Sequence record: SRR22947725_182 | Strand: one strand, 5' to 3' | Length of the DNA stretch: 40,024 nucleotides | Translations under genes and position numbers: made by a program | Notes under the pieces: model-generated | The model's input: the letters and a program-made list of their open reading frames with translations, nothing else | The model's database searches: none | Told to the model about the DNA's origin: nothing | Shown here: piece by piece, positions 39,992 to 40,024 of the stretch | How the letters are laid out: each line of letters starts with the position of its first letter | Numbering within the stretch: the stretch's first letter is position 1

Positions 39992-40024
39992 TTAACGGAG
40001 AGTTTGATCCTGGCTCAGGACGAA
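39992..40024 (+). rRNA. rrs: 16S rRNA, 5' end (truncated by window)
   Basis: AGAGTTTGATCCTGGCTCAGGACGAA from 39999; exact mature 5' end approximate. Confidence 0.96.

Noticed and set aside
1-40024. CRISPR array, transposase, prophage or defence genes
   Set aside because: No regularly spaced repeats or recognisable mobile or defence proteins seen by eye

Overview
High-GC actinobacterial chromosomal segment. Gene content and order (lexA-LysM-hisCBH-priA-sseB-DUF1844-infC; NCS1-like permease-Nif3-zinc ribbon-RNase H-rnpB) point to Microbacteriaceae, possibly an aquatic, streamlined lineage (inference). The first ~6.5 kb is accessory-like: four small genes (membrane protein, GYD, cupin, ABM-like), a 22-codon lipoprotein-signal ORF, DUF554, an MFS transporter, DoxX and a clear heliorhodopsin followed after 6 nt by a DUF1684 gene. 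The rest is core: DUF3145, fabF-acpP-fabH-fabD-fasR-aceE, tRNA-Val(TAC), rnpB, lexA/LysM with SOS boxes, his genes, infC-rpmI-rplT, TrmH, pheST, an arg cluster lacking argD and argR (argCJBF-GH), tyrS and the leader plus first bases of a 16S rRNA gene. I see no mobile element, CRISPR array or defence system. The best leads are the heliorhodopsin-DUF1684 unit and its upstream region, the small-gene islet with the mini-lipoprotein ORF, the clean absence of argD/argR, a structured DUF3145 leader and pervasive leaderless promoters. I cannot show from sequence alone that any of these is a new system.
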